Source of the DNA: Anaerolineales bacterium
GTDB lineage: Bacteria; Chloroflexota; Anaerolineae; Anaerolineales; UBA11858
Reading direction: 5' to 3'
Assembly (NCBI GenBank): GCA_049644605.1
Contig: JBARSF010000064.1
Coordinates: forward strand, 40,167 to 64,166
DNA length: 24,000 nucleotides
Made by a program: the position numbers and the translations under genes. The stretch's first letter is position 1; each line of letters begins with the position of its first letter. Under the pieces are notes generated by a model. That model was not told the origin of the DNA. It worked only from the letters and a program-made list of their open reading frames with translations, and searched no databases. This document shows, piece by piece, positions 8,898 through 16,808 of this stretch.

Positions 8898-9146
8898 ATG
8901 TATAAGATATCCATTGAATATTGCGTCCCTTGAAACTATTTACCCAGAGCCATCAGTTTGATGGGCGCTTTCTTAAAGGATTATGTCGCCAGTATCTCTG
9001 AAATTTCCTTGATTCCAGGGGATAATGGGAGATATGAAATCACTGTGAATGATGAATTGATTTATTCCAAATTTGAAAACGGACGGCATGCGGAACCTCC
9101 TGAAATACTAACTTTGTTCACGGAATATCTTAAGGAGAAGGGGTAA
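8898..9146 (+). CDS. Rdx (SelW/SelT/SelH)-family thioredoxin-like protein, predicted selenoprotein with in-frame TGA (Sec) at 8931-8933
   Basis: The track gives only 8958-9146, from a TTG. In the same frame there is an ATG at 8898 with GGGAG 10 nt upstream. Translation gives MYKISIEYCVP[TGA]NYLPRAISLMGAFLKDY... IEYC-x-x-U-x4-RA is the family's CxxC/CxxU redox motif. The downstream PGDNGRYEITVNDELIYSKFENGRHAEPPE matches the family's G.FEV..nG.l..SK...grfPe signature. Confidence 0.75.
8949..8966 (+). promoter_or_regulatory. Candidate bacterial SECIS hairpin
   Basis: GCCAUCA-GUU-UGAUG(G)GC starts 15 nt after the UGA. The stem is 7 bp with one bulged G, and the apical loop is G/U-containing. Spacing is compatible with bacterial SECIS elements. 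I have not checked it against a covariance model. Confidence 0.45.
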
Positions 9147-10148
9147 ATGACCGCTTTAAAAGGGAGGGTATTCTCAGGCGCCAGACCTACCGGACGCCAG
9201 CATTTGGGCAACTATTTGGGAGCGATAAAAAATTATGTAGCGCTCCAGGAAGATTACAGGTGTGTGTACTGCATCGTGGACATCCATGCATTAACAACTA
9301 TTGAGACCACAAATGACCTTGAACTCAATACCCAGGAAATGGCTCTTGATTGGCTGGCAGCCGGCATGGATCCAGATCGCAGCATCATCTTTGTCCAATC
9401 GCATGTTCAGGAAGTCATGGAACTGCATACGATCCTCTCCATGGTGACCCCGCTGGGAAAACTCACCGCTTTGCCAACCTTTAAAGAAAAAGTGCGTGAC
9501 AATCCAGATAATGTGAATTATGGGCTTGTTGGTTATCCGGTTTTGATGTCAGCTGACATTCTTCTTTATAAAGCAGATACAGTGCCGGTAGGCACGGACC
9601 AGATTCCACACCTGGAATTTGCCCGGGAAGTTGTCCGTTCCTTTAACTATCGTTACGAGACAGATATCCTGGTGGAACCCCACGCCAAGGTTACCCAGAT
9701 TCCTAAAGTTTTAGGCATCGACGGCGAGCGCAAGATGAGCAAAAGCCTTAACAATCACATCGAGCTGGCAGCTTCGCCGGAGGAAACGGAAAAGCGGGTG
9801 ATGCAAATGGTCACCGATCCGCAGCGTCTCCGGAGGAATGATCCCGGCGATCCAGATGTCTGCAATGTCTTCACTCTGCATAAGATTATTTCCCCACCTG
9901 AGGAGATCTCCCAGATCAACCAGGACTGCCGCAAGGCTGAGATTGGCTGCGTGGACTGTAAACGCAAACTGGCGGAAAATCTTAATAAACATCTGGAACC
10001 ATTCAGATCCAAACGGGCGGAATATGAAACAGACCCCGATTATGTGAAAGATGTTTTGCTTGAGGGGGCAAAAAGAGCGAAGGTGATTGCATCTGAGACC
10101 ATGGGAGAAGTGCGGAAAGCGATTGGTTTTTACGCTGCCAGAGATTAA
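9147..10148 (+). CDS. trpS: Tryptophan--tRNA ligase
   Basis: 333 aa with a class I HIGH-type motif (GRQHLGNYLGA) and a KMSKS motif. Length and sequence are typical of bacterial TrpRS. The start abuts the upstream stop (TAAATG). Confidence 0.95.
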   Translation: MTALKGRVFSGARPTGRQHLGNYLGAIKNYVALQEDYRCVYCIVDIHALTTIETTNDLELNTQEMALDWLAAGMDPDRSIIFVQSHVQEVMELHTILSMVTPLGKLTALPTFKEKVRDNPDNVNYGLVGYPVLMSADILLYKADTVPVGTDQIPHLEFAREVVRSFNYRYETDILVEPHAKVTQIPKVLGIDGERKMSKSLNNHIELAASPEETEKRVMQMVTDPQRLRRNDPGDPDVCNVFTLHKIISPPEEISQINQDCRKAEIGCVDCKRKLAENLNKHLEPFRSKRAEYETDPDYVKDVLLEGAKRAKVIASETMGEVRKAIGFYAARD

Positions 10149-10151
10149 GCC

Positions 10152-10589
10152 ATGAAAGCGGTCATCCAGCGGGTGCAAAAAGGGAATGTTACGGTAGAGG
10201 GGAAAATTGTATCTGCTGTAGAACAGGGTTTGGTTATTCTGCTTGGTGTCGGACCAGACGATACCAGGGAGAAAGCCCAAAAACTGGCTCAAAAAATTGC
10301 CCATCTCCGAATATTTGAGGATCAAAATGGAAAGATGAATCTGTCCCTGCTGGATATTCAGGGAGAAGTACTGGTGGTGCCGCAATTTACACTTTACGCA
10401 GATACCAGAAAAGGGCACCGGCCATCCTTCACAGATGCTGCTCCTCCTGAAATTGCCGAACCCCTGGTAAATTATTTTGCTTCCTGTCTGGAAGAATTGG
10501 GCTTGTCCGCCCCCCTGGGGGAATTTGGCGCCCACATGCTGGTAAAAATCCACAATGACGGTCCGGTTACGATCGTGATTGAGGTTTGA
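10152..10589 (+). CDS. dtd: D-aminoacyl-tRNA deacylase
   Basis: 145 aa. MKAVIQRV...GLVILLGV...SQFTL-like [18 protein letters not shown]...NDGPVT is collinear with E. coli Dtd. Confidence 0.95.
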   Translation: MKAVIQRVQKGNVTVEGKIVSAVEQGLVILLGVGPDDTREKAQKLAQKIAHLRIFEDQNGKMNLSLLDIQGEVLVVPQFTLYADTRKGHRPSFTDAAPPEIAEPLVNYFASCLEELGLSAPLGEFGAHMLVKIHNDGPVTIVIEV

Positions 10590-10631
10590 TGGGGGGGCAA
10601 CCACAGCGTTTTTAATTATCCGATTCTGCTC

Positions 10632-10663
10632 CAACGCCCGTCATCGGGCGTTGATTTTGTGTT
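10632..10663 (+). terminator. Rho-independent terminator after dtd
   Basis: CAACGCCCG-TCAT-CGGGCGTTG (9-bp perfect stem) followed by ATTTTGTGTT. Confidence 0.8.
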
Positions 10664-10832
10664 GAACGCAGGTTCTAAAAGATCTTGTCGTCCCGAGGAT
10701 GGGATAACGGATAATAATGCTCTCCGCTTTTCAGGAGATTGCTTCGAGCAAAAACTACCCTCTTAATGACAGTACCTTACACGGGAGAGCTGCTGCCCTC
10801 CCTCGAGTGGTAATCTAAACCCTCCTTTATTT

Positions 10833-11858
10833 TTGCATGTTTTCCCATCTCCACCTGGTGGTAAAATCAACCCCATGACTGTGCGTTTAGCCAATAAAAC
10901 CAGCGCTCTTCCGATCCGATCCTTTGATGTTCGGTCAGACCTGCTGCCGGTTTCAGACCTGGTAGAACTCTGTTTTGCAGACCGCCTGACACCTGATGGA
11001 GAGGCACTGCTGCGAAAAATGCGCTCTTCAGCTCGAAGCCAGCGCTTCCAGGAATGGGCTTTCCAGATGGCGGGCCAGATTTCCATGCCGTTTACGGGAT
11101 ATGTCTGGGAGGAGAATGGCGAGATTATTGGAAATCTGAGTCTGGTTCCATATCATATCGGGGGGCTATACTACTATATGATAGCCAATGTAGCTGTTCA
11201 TCCTGATTATCAGCGCAAAGGCATAGCCCGTTCCCTGGTTCGGGAAGCGTTGGATTTTCTTATTCCCCGCCGGTTGGACGGTATCTGGCTTCAAGTAGAT
11301 GAAGGCAATCAAGCCGCTGTGGATCTTTATCTCAGGCAGGGGTTTCAGGAAATTTCCCGCCGGACAACCTGGATATTAAATCCCAAGGACATCAACCACG
11401 AATTCCTTACCTGGAACGTACCTGGATTTTCAGTTCAGGACCACCGGGCCAGGCATTGGTCTCTCCAAAGAAAGTGGCTGGAAAATAATTATCCTCCTGA
11501 GGTGCGCTGGCATTTACCACTGAGGCCTGAGTACTTACGGGGGGGATTGTCTGGGAAATTAGCGAGACTTCTTCTGGTTGACCCAAAAGTCCGGCAGTGG
11601 TCCGTGATAGCCCGGGATGAGTTGATCGGTGTGGTTTCCTGGCAGTCTTCCAAAACCCATGCAGACTGGATCTGGATTGCTTCATCTGCGGAAACCGAGG
11701 GTGTATTGCTGGATGCTTTTCTGCCCTATTGGATGAACAGCCCGGGTCTAAAACGTTCCCTACGGTTAAATTTTCCAAAACGGAAAACAAATTTAAGTTT
11801 GGAAACCCATTGGTTTAAACCGTCTCGAACGTTGATCTGGATGAAATACAAAAACTGA
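10833..11858 (+). CDS. GNAT-family N-acetyltransferase (two-lobed, 341 aa)
   Basis: Acetyl-CoA motif A is VAVHPDYQRKGIARSLV, followed by LQVDEGNQAAVDLYLRQGF. The start is uncertain: ATG 10833 or ATG 10875 (MTVRLANK), and neither has a strong SD. Confidence 0.8.
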   Translation: MHVFPSPPGGKINPMTVRLANKTSALPIRSFDVRSDLLPVSDLVELCFADRLTPDGEALLRKMRSSARSQRFQEWAFQMAGQISMPFTGYVWEENGEIIGNLSLVPYHIGGLYYYMIANVAVHPDYQRKGIARSLVREALDFLIPRRLDGIWLQVDEGNQAAVDLYLRQGFQEISRRTTWILNPKDINHEFLTWNVPGFSVQDHRARHWSLQRKWLENNYPPEVRWHLPLRPEYLRGGLSGKLARLLLVDPKVRQWSVIARDELIGVVSWQSSKTHADWIWIASSAETEGVLLDAFLPYWMNSPGLKRSLRLNFPKRKTNLSLETHWFKPSRTLIWMKYKN

Positions 11859-11952
11859 AGGGAGACATGGAGACGGGGGAAGAGTCGCGCAGGGAAATCT
11901 TGTTTGAATCCTGGCGGGAAATCCCGGTTTAGTGTTCACTGGGTGACGATTG

Positions 11953-11981
11953 TTGACTTTATTCAGGAAACGGCGTATACT
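11953..11981 (+). promoter_or_regulatory. Sigma-70-like promoter (TTGACT-17 bp-TATACT)
   Basis: The -35 is at 11953-11958 and the -10 at 11976-11981, with an ideal 17-bp spacer. It lies in the spacer between the GNAT gene and the SWIM gene. Confidence 0.5.
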
Positions 11982-12006
11982 GGGGTGTAATTAAAGGTGG
12001 TCCATT

Positions 12007-12051
12007 ATGGGAAGCGCTAGTTCAAATAGAATAATGTTTTCAAGGATGTAA
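12007..12051 (+). CDS. Candidate 14-codon leader peptide (MGSASSNRIMFSRM)
   Basis: ATG at 12007 with AAAGGTGG 6 nt upstream. The TAA stop at 12049-12051 lies 1 nt before the terminator stem. It is too short for any statistical support; the call rests only on context. Confidence 0.3.
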   Translation: MGSASSNRIMFSRM

Positions 12052-12052
12052 T

Positions 12053-12085
12053 GCACGCATGCTAAGGCTGCGTGCTTTTTATTTT
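12053..12085 (+). terminator. Intrinsic terminator/attenuator hairpin between promoter and SWIM gene
   Basis: GCACGCA-TGCTAAGGC-TGCGTGC followed by TTTTTATTTT. It ends 20 nt before the SWIM gene ATG (GGAGG at 12094-12098). Confidence 0.6.
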
Positions 12086-12105
12086 CACCTCGCGGAGGTA
12101 TCTAT

Positions 12106-12345
12106 ATGGATTCTGGAATGATTGGAAAAATCCAAAAATCAAAACAATACGCCAGTGAAAGAGAACGAATCAGGATAAATACTTTATCGGTTACGTTTCA
12201 AGGACAAAACAACACTCACCAGGTCTCTTTCAAGGATGGGAATTGGGCATGTGATTGTGATTTTTTCCAGACTCGAGAACGCTGCAGTCATACGATGGCA
12301 CTGGAACGCATCTTGATTCAGGATGCTGGTTTAACCATGGATTAA
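12106..12345 (+). CDS. Small SWIM zinc-finger protein (79 aa)
   Basis: CxCxnCxH signature is W-A-C-D-C-DFFQTRER-C-S-H. A strong GGAGG lies 7 nt upstream of the ATG. Confidence 0.8.
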   Translation: MDSGMIGKIQKSKQYASERERIRINTLSVTFQGQNNTHQVSFKDGNWACDCDFFQTRERCSHTMALERILIQDAGLTMD

Positions 12346-12466
12346 TCTGAATGAGACCATTTTAAAGTCAATATTTATACTTGTCGCTCCCTGGGATGAG
12401 CCGGTTTGTCCTGAGGAGCGATACTTGTTAAGCTCAGGTCCAGGTTTTTCTTTTTCCTCTCCGTGC

Positions 12467-12494
12467 TTGACTACACTTTTTGAATCGTTATAAT
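12467..12494 (+). promoter_or_regulatory. Sigma-70-like promoter (TTGACT-16 bp-TATAAT) abutting the miaB start
   Basis: The -35 is at 12467-12472 and the -10 at 12489-12494. The first ATG (12493) overlaps the -10. The second ATG (12502) sits where a TSS would be expected. Confidence 0.5.
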
Positions 12495-13848
12495 GGCATC
12501 CATGAAATACCATATTTGGACCTCTGGCTGTCAGATGAACGTTGCCGATTCGCGCCGGGTGGCTTCAGCGTTAGAAGGGTTAGATTATTCGCCAACCCCG
12601 AAGGCTGAAGATGCGGATGTGATCGTTTTAAATACCTGCGTGGTCCGGCAAAGCGCCGAGGACAGCGCAGTGGGTAGGATTAGTTCCCTTAAGAATATTA
12701 AGAAAAAGCGGCCCGATACGGTGATCAATGTCATGGGTTGTCTAGTGGGAATCAAAGGGACAAAGGACCTGGAAGAGCAATTTCCCCACGTGGATGTATT
12801 TTCCCCTCCTTCTGACCCTGGACCGTTGATGGCATTTCTAACCCAGGAGGAAACCAAAACCTGGCAGCAGCAGGCAACCTCCCGCCGGTTTGCTTTCATG
12901 GATGGAGAATTGAAACTTCCAGAAGCGGATCAATCACAGCTGATATCAGCTTTTGTTCCGGTTGTTCTCGGTTGTTCCCATGCCTGCACCTACTGTATTA
13001 TTCCTTATCGGCGGGGTATTGAACGCAGCCGGCCGGTTGAGGATGTCCTAAATGAAGCCCGCTCGCTGGTTTCTCAGGGGGTAAAAGAAATTACCCTGCT
13101 GGGACAAATTGTTGACCGCTATGGATTGGATCTACCGCAGAAATCCTCCCTGCCAGCTTTACTGAGATTGGTCCATGATATTGATGGTTTAGAGAGGATC
13201 CGTTTTTTAACTTCTCACCCGAATTGGTTTTCCCCAGAATTAATGGATACAGTTGCCTCACTGCCGAAATTAATGCCCCATATTGAAGTTCCCCACCAGG
13301 CTGGCGACGACCAGGTTCTGGAAAACATGAAGCGAGACTATACCATCGTCCAATACCGGCGGCTGGTTGGGGAAATTCGGGATCGAATACCGGGAGTGAG
13401 CATTGCCACGGACGTGATTGTAGGTTTCCCGGGTGAATCTGAGGAGGGTTTCCAGGGTTCCTATGACCTGCTCAAGGAATTGAAACTGGATGTGGTTCAC
13501 CTTGCCCGCTATTCCGTTCGCCCTGGCACGGTGGCGGCCCGCAAGATGGCGGATGATGTCCCGGATGAGGAAAAATGGCGCAGATTCCGGCTGATTGAAG
13601 AATTACAGGAAAGGATTGCTGGAAAGATAAACCAAAAATACCTGGGGAAATCGGTTGAGATCCTTTTTGAGGGACAGAACAAAGGGCGCTGGCGCGGTCG
13701 CACTCCTACCAATAAGCTGGTTTTTGTAGAAAGTGATCGGAACCTGTTGGGACAGGTTGAACCGGTGACAATAACCTGGGCTGGTCCCTGGTCGATGCAG
13801 GGATCCTTTCGCCCAAATGAAGGGGATTTAGATATCAAAGTGAGCTGA
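12493..13848 (+). CDS. miaB: tRNA-2-methylthio-N6-dimethylallyladenosine synthase (radical SAM methylthiotransferase)
   Basis: A UPF0004 domain with TSGCQMNVADS, a radical-SAM CSHACTYCIIPYRRG motif and a C-terminal TRAM domain are present. The true start may be 12502 (MKYHIW...). Confidence 0.9.
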   Translation: MASMKYHIWTSGCQMNVADSRRVASALEGLDYSPTPKAEDADVIVLNTCVVRQSAEDSAVGRISSLKNIKKKRPDTVINVMGCLVGIKGTKDLEEQFPHVDVFSPPSDPGPLMAFLTQEETKTWQQQATSRRFAFMDGELKLPEADQSQLISAFVPVVLGCSHACTYCIIPYRRGIERSRPVEDVLNEARSLVSQGVKEITLLGQIVDRYGLDLPQKSSLPALLRLVHDIDGLERIRFLTSHPNWFSPELMDTVASLPKLMPHIEVPHQAGDDQVLENMKRDYTIVQYRRLVGEIRDRIPGVSIATDVIVGFPGESEEGFQGSYDLLKELKLDVVHLARYSVRPGTVAARKMADDVPDEEKWRRFRLIEELQERIAGKINQKYLGKSVEILFEGQNKGRWRGRTPTNKLVFVESDRNLLGQVEPVTITWAGPWSMQGSFRPNEGDLDIKVS

Positions 13849-13899
13849 TTACCAAAAACAATCAAATGTGGATTTCCCGCGAATAGACAAGGCAAGCTT

Positions 13900-14313
13900 A
13901 TGAATTCAGAGAAACGATACCCGGAGCCAACCGTCGGAGCACTGATCTTTAACCCGGAAGGAAAATTACTCCTGGTGAAAACGCATAAATGGAAGGGAAA
14001 ATATACTATCCCTGGCGGTCATGTAGAGCTGGGAGAAACCTTGGTGGATGCACTGAAGCGGGAAGTAGCCGAGGAGACCGGTCTAGAAGTGGTAAATCAC
14101 GAATTTCTTTGCTACCAGGAATTTATTTACGATCCAAGTTTTTGGGAACAGCGGCATTTTATCTTCTTTGATTTTATTGTCCAGGCGAATGATCAGGAAG
14201 TTCAATTAAACGACGAAGCCCAGGAATACCTCTGGGTAGACCTGAAGGATGCGTATTCCTACCCGATTGATGCCTACCTGCGGTATTCTTTGGATATTTT
14301 CCAAAATCGATAA
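13900..14313 (+). CDS. NUDIX hydrolase
   Basis: Nudix box GGHVELGETLVDALKREVAEETGL (Gx5Ex7REUxEExGU). Confidence 0.9.
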   Translation: MNSEKRYPEPTVGALIFNPEGKLLLVKTHKWKGKYTIPGGHVELGETLVDALKREVAEETGLEVVNHEFLCYQEFIYDPSFWEQRHFIFFDFIVQANDQEVQLNDEAQEYLWVDLKDAYSYPIDAYLRYSLDIFQNR

Positions 14314-14442
14314 GTAACCCGGGAAACCCCGTTAAATTCCAGATTAATGGTTTTTGAAGCTGGTGAATGGATTTCACAGAAAAACGGGGGAGTTTTGGGT
14401 ACAATAAAAATAAGAACCACGTTATTCTTGGGTAAACCTGTT

Positions 14443-15624
14443 ATGAAAAAATGGCTCCTGGCCTGTTTCCTGCTGCTGATTTCTCTTTTGAGCGCCTGCA
14501 ACCTGCCTCAGAAGAATCCTGAGCCTGAGACCAAACCAGGTGTTTTGTACACCGAAGCCGCTATGACTGTCTCAGTTCAGCAAACTGGGACTGGTCTGGA
14601 GAGCCCACAATCCACACAACCTTTAGAGACTGTCTTACCAGGAAAGACTTTCCTGCCTGAGGCCACAGCTATTTTTACTGTCCCTACCCTGACACCCAAG
14701 AGTGATGTCGAAGATCCGCCGGCGCCTTGTGACCAGGTCAAATTTATAAAGGATGTTACGATTCCAGATGATATGGATCTGGCGCCTGGGGAGCATTTTG
14801 AAAAAACCTGGCGATTGCTGAACGCTGGATCCTGCCCCTGGACGATAGGGTACCTGCTGTATTTTGAGAGCGGAGATGCCATGGGTGGCCCATCATCTCA
14901 GGAGTTAACCTCAAAAACGATTCAGCCGGGCGATACCCTGGATGTCTCTGTGAACCTGGTCGCTCCTTTGGAAACGGGTACTTACCAGGGAGATTGGATG
15001 CTCCGCAACGTAAAGGGGGAAGGATTTGGTGTGGGCGAGTATTACAAAGCCTTCTGGGTAAAAATTAACGTTGTGGAAGGAGCCGGGATGATGTTTGATT
15101 TTAATACCCGTGCCAGTTCCGCTGCTTGGGGGTTTGGTTCCATCCCGGTTGATTATATTGACCTGGGAGGCGAGATCCTTACCTTTGATCACCAAGGAGA
15201 TTCTGAGGACCCCTATGTTGCTCTGGAAAATGAATTAAATTTAGAAGGGGAAAGAATATCGGGAATTCTATTGGCCACCTATCCCCCCGTGGGTGTTGGA
15301 AAATATATTATCGGACGATTCCCGGATTATAAGGTGAATGCTGGTGATTTGTTGTTTGGTCGAGTTGGCTTGACATTAAATCCGGGAGGTAATTGCGGCA
15401 GCGGGGATGTGGAATTTAAAATAAAACTCATGGTGGGGGGTGATCCCTCAACCCTGGTAACCCTCGGGGAGTGGAGTGAAGTCTGTGATGATGCCATGAA
15501 AACTTTTGAAATAGACCTGGATGATTATAAGGGGGATACCGTAAAGATATTTTTAGTGGTAATTGCCAACACCGATTCTGAAAAGAACTTCGCAGTCTGG
15601 GATTCTCTCTCGATCCATCGCTGA
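14443..15624 (+). CDS. Lipoprotein with NBR1-FW-like (N_BRCA1_IG-type) domain and an uncharacterised C-terminal domain
   Basis: I prefer the start MKKWLLACFLLLISLLSAC at 14443, which gives a signal peptide plus a lipobox L-S-A-C. The track ORF begins at 14347. The FW-like signature is FIKDVTIPDDMDLAPGEHFEKTWRLLNAGSCPW...PGDTLDVSVNLVAPLETGTYQGDWMLRN..GEGFG. Confidence 0.8.
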   Translation: MKKWLLACFLLLISLLSACNLPQKNPEPETKPGVLYTEAAMTVSVQQTGTGLESPQSTQPLETVLPGKTFLPEATAIFTVPTLTPKSDVEDPPAPCDQVKFIKDVTIPDDMDLAPGEHFEKTWRLLNAGSCPWTIGYLLYFESGDAMGGPSSQELTSKTIQPGDTLDVSVNLVAPLETGTYQGDWMLRNVKGEGFGVGEYYKAFWVKINVVEGAGMMFDFNTRASSAAWGFGSIPVDYIDLGGEILTFDHQGDSEDPYVALENELNLEGERISGILLATYPPVGVGKYIIGRFPDYKVNAGDLLFGRVGLTLNPGGNCGSGDVEFKIKLMVGGDPSTLVTLGEWSEVCDDAMKTFEIDLDDYKGDTVKIFLVVIANTDSEKNFAVWDSLSIHR

Positions 15625-15777
15625 ATTCTGCCCTGAATGGGGGGTAATCGCCACCCCCCTAAAAAAATTTAAGGTAGAATTAAATTGAATAATTACCACA
15701 GAAGTCAAAATGAGCTTAATATTCCTGGAATGCTCAGGTGGTAAAATTGTAGCTCAATACAGGAAGGACAAATTTGT

Positions 15778-16539
15778 ATGAGTAACAAGGACTCAACCAA
15801 AGAGATTATTAACTCTTATCGGAAAAAGAAAAATCAGTCCTGGCAAAACATTCTGCTTTTTGCCGGTACAGGACTTTTGATCATTCTTGGGGCTGCATTT
15901 CTAATATTCTGGTTGACAGGCACCCAACCAAATATTGGGGGCATATTTGCATCCAAAACACCAACGCCAACCATTACCTTTACGCCCAGCCCGGTACCGC
16001 CCACCGCTACTATCACCTTAACGCCAACAGAGGTAGTCCCAACGGATACCCAGGTGCCCAGCCCGACGGCGACCCGTTCCGGGGCAGTTATTTACATAGC
16101 GGAAGAAGACGATACTTTTTCTTCCATTGCGGAACTATTCGATATCTCAATCTTTACACTGCTGTGGTATAACGCCGGGGAAGACCGCCTGAATCTTGAT
16201 CTTTCCAACCCGATTCTGTTTGTGGGTGACGAGGTTTTTGTCCCGGCTCCAGACGCAACTGTGCCGACACCATCGCCCATCCCCTACGATGTGCTGCCGG
16301 GTTTCCGGGTAGAGTATATGGTGCGCCCGGGAGACTCTATAGGCTCAATTGCCTATGCCCTGCGCAGTACAGTTGAGATTATCCTGACTGATAACGATCT
16401 GGAAGACCCCAACGCCATTTATCCAGGACAGGTATTATATGTCCGGGTGAACTTGGTAACGCCTGCTCCCACGGATGAAGTACAAAATACACCTGCCGGC
16501 ACACCAGGATCAATATCGACTTTAACTCCAGAACCATAA
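15778..16539 (+). CDS. Membrane-anchored protein with two LysM domains and Pro/Thr-rich linkers
   Basis: An N-terminal TM helix (ILLFAGTGLLIILGAAFLIFWL) and PT-rich linkers are present. The two LysM-like segments are YIAEEDDTFSSIAELFDISIFTLLWYN...GDEVFVP and YMVRPGDSIGSIAYAL...IYPGQVLYV. GGAAGGA lies 9 nt upstream of the ATG. Confidence 0.85.
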   Translation: MSNKDSTKEIINSYRKKKNQSWQNILLFAGTGLLIILGAAFLIFWLTGTQPNIGGIFASKTPTPTITFTPSPVPPTATITLTPTEVVPTDTQVPSPTATRSGAVIYIAEEDDTFSSIAELFDISIFTLLWYNAGEDRLNLDLSNPILFVGDEVFVPAPDATVPTPSPIPYDVLPGFRVEYMVRPGDSIGSIAYALRSTVEIILTDNDLEDPNAIYPGQVLYVRVNLVTPAPTDEVQNTPAGTPGSISTLTPEP

Positions 16540-16560
16540 TTGCCTATCAAGTACTGCCCA

Positions 16561-16590
16561 AGCCGGACCACACGTCCGGCTTTTTTTATT
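16561..16590 (+). terminator. Rho-independent terminator after the LysM gene
   Basis: AGCCGGAC-CACAC-GTCCGGCT followed by TTTTTTTATTT. Confidence 0.85.
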
Positions 16591-16749
16591 TAAACTCGTT
16601 TGCCCACGCTACCTTACCCGGGGACGGGTGAGGCTTTCCAAAGAACTGTCATCGCGAGGAACCCTTCGACTATCCTCTTGTTGCCACAAGGTTTCCGCTC
16701 AGGGTGACGAAGCGATTTCCTGTTTATCTTGATTAAACTCCAGGGGACT

Positions 16750-16808
16750 GAAGACCCGAATTTGGGTCTTCGGCTGCGCTCAGACCGAGCATCGACGGAG
16801 GTCGATGC
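16750..16808. other. Two adjacent perfect 8-bp hairpins in a 430-bp non-coding spacer (possible structured RNA or REP-like element)
   Basis: GAAGACCC-GAATTT-GGGTCTTC lies at 16750-16771 and GCATCGAC-GGAG-GTCGATGC at 16789-16808. A possible TCGG...CCGA helix lies between them. No ORF of 60 aa or more is present on either strand here. Confidence 0.3.

Noticed and set aside
9711-10634. A 307-aa minus-strand ORF, the longest unassigned ORF in the track.
   Set aside because: It lies entirely antisense to trpS and dtd, both of which have unambiguous family motifs. Its translation is low-complexity with no recognisable motif. I treat it as a shadow ORF.
10732-10746. A 15-mer CAGGAGATTGCTTCG whose reverse complement (CGAAGCAATCTCCTG) matches CGAAGCGATTTCCTG at 16708-16722 in 13 of 15 positions. 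It looked like a possible dispersed repeat.
   Set aside because: By my rough estimate, hundreds of 13/15 matches are expected by chance among all position pairs in a 24-kb window on both strands. It is not significant on its own.
13509-13895. A 128-aa minus-strand ORF, along with other 60-130 aa ORFs antisense to miaB, priA, the CNNM gene and the metal-transporter genes.
   Set aside because: All are embedded antisense or out of frame within strongly supported CDSs and show no motifs. They are shadow ORFs.
15639-15659. A GGGGGGT-N7-ACCCCCC hairpin after the lipoprotein gene.
   Set aside because: It is followed by A7TTT rather than a U-tract on the plus strand, and on the minus strand it lacks a downstream T-run. 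It is not a canonical terminator, so I did not list it as a feature.
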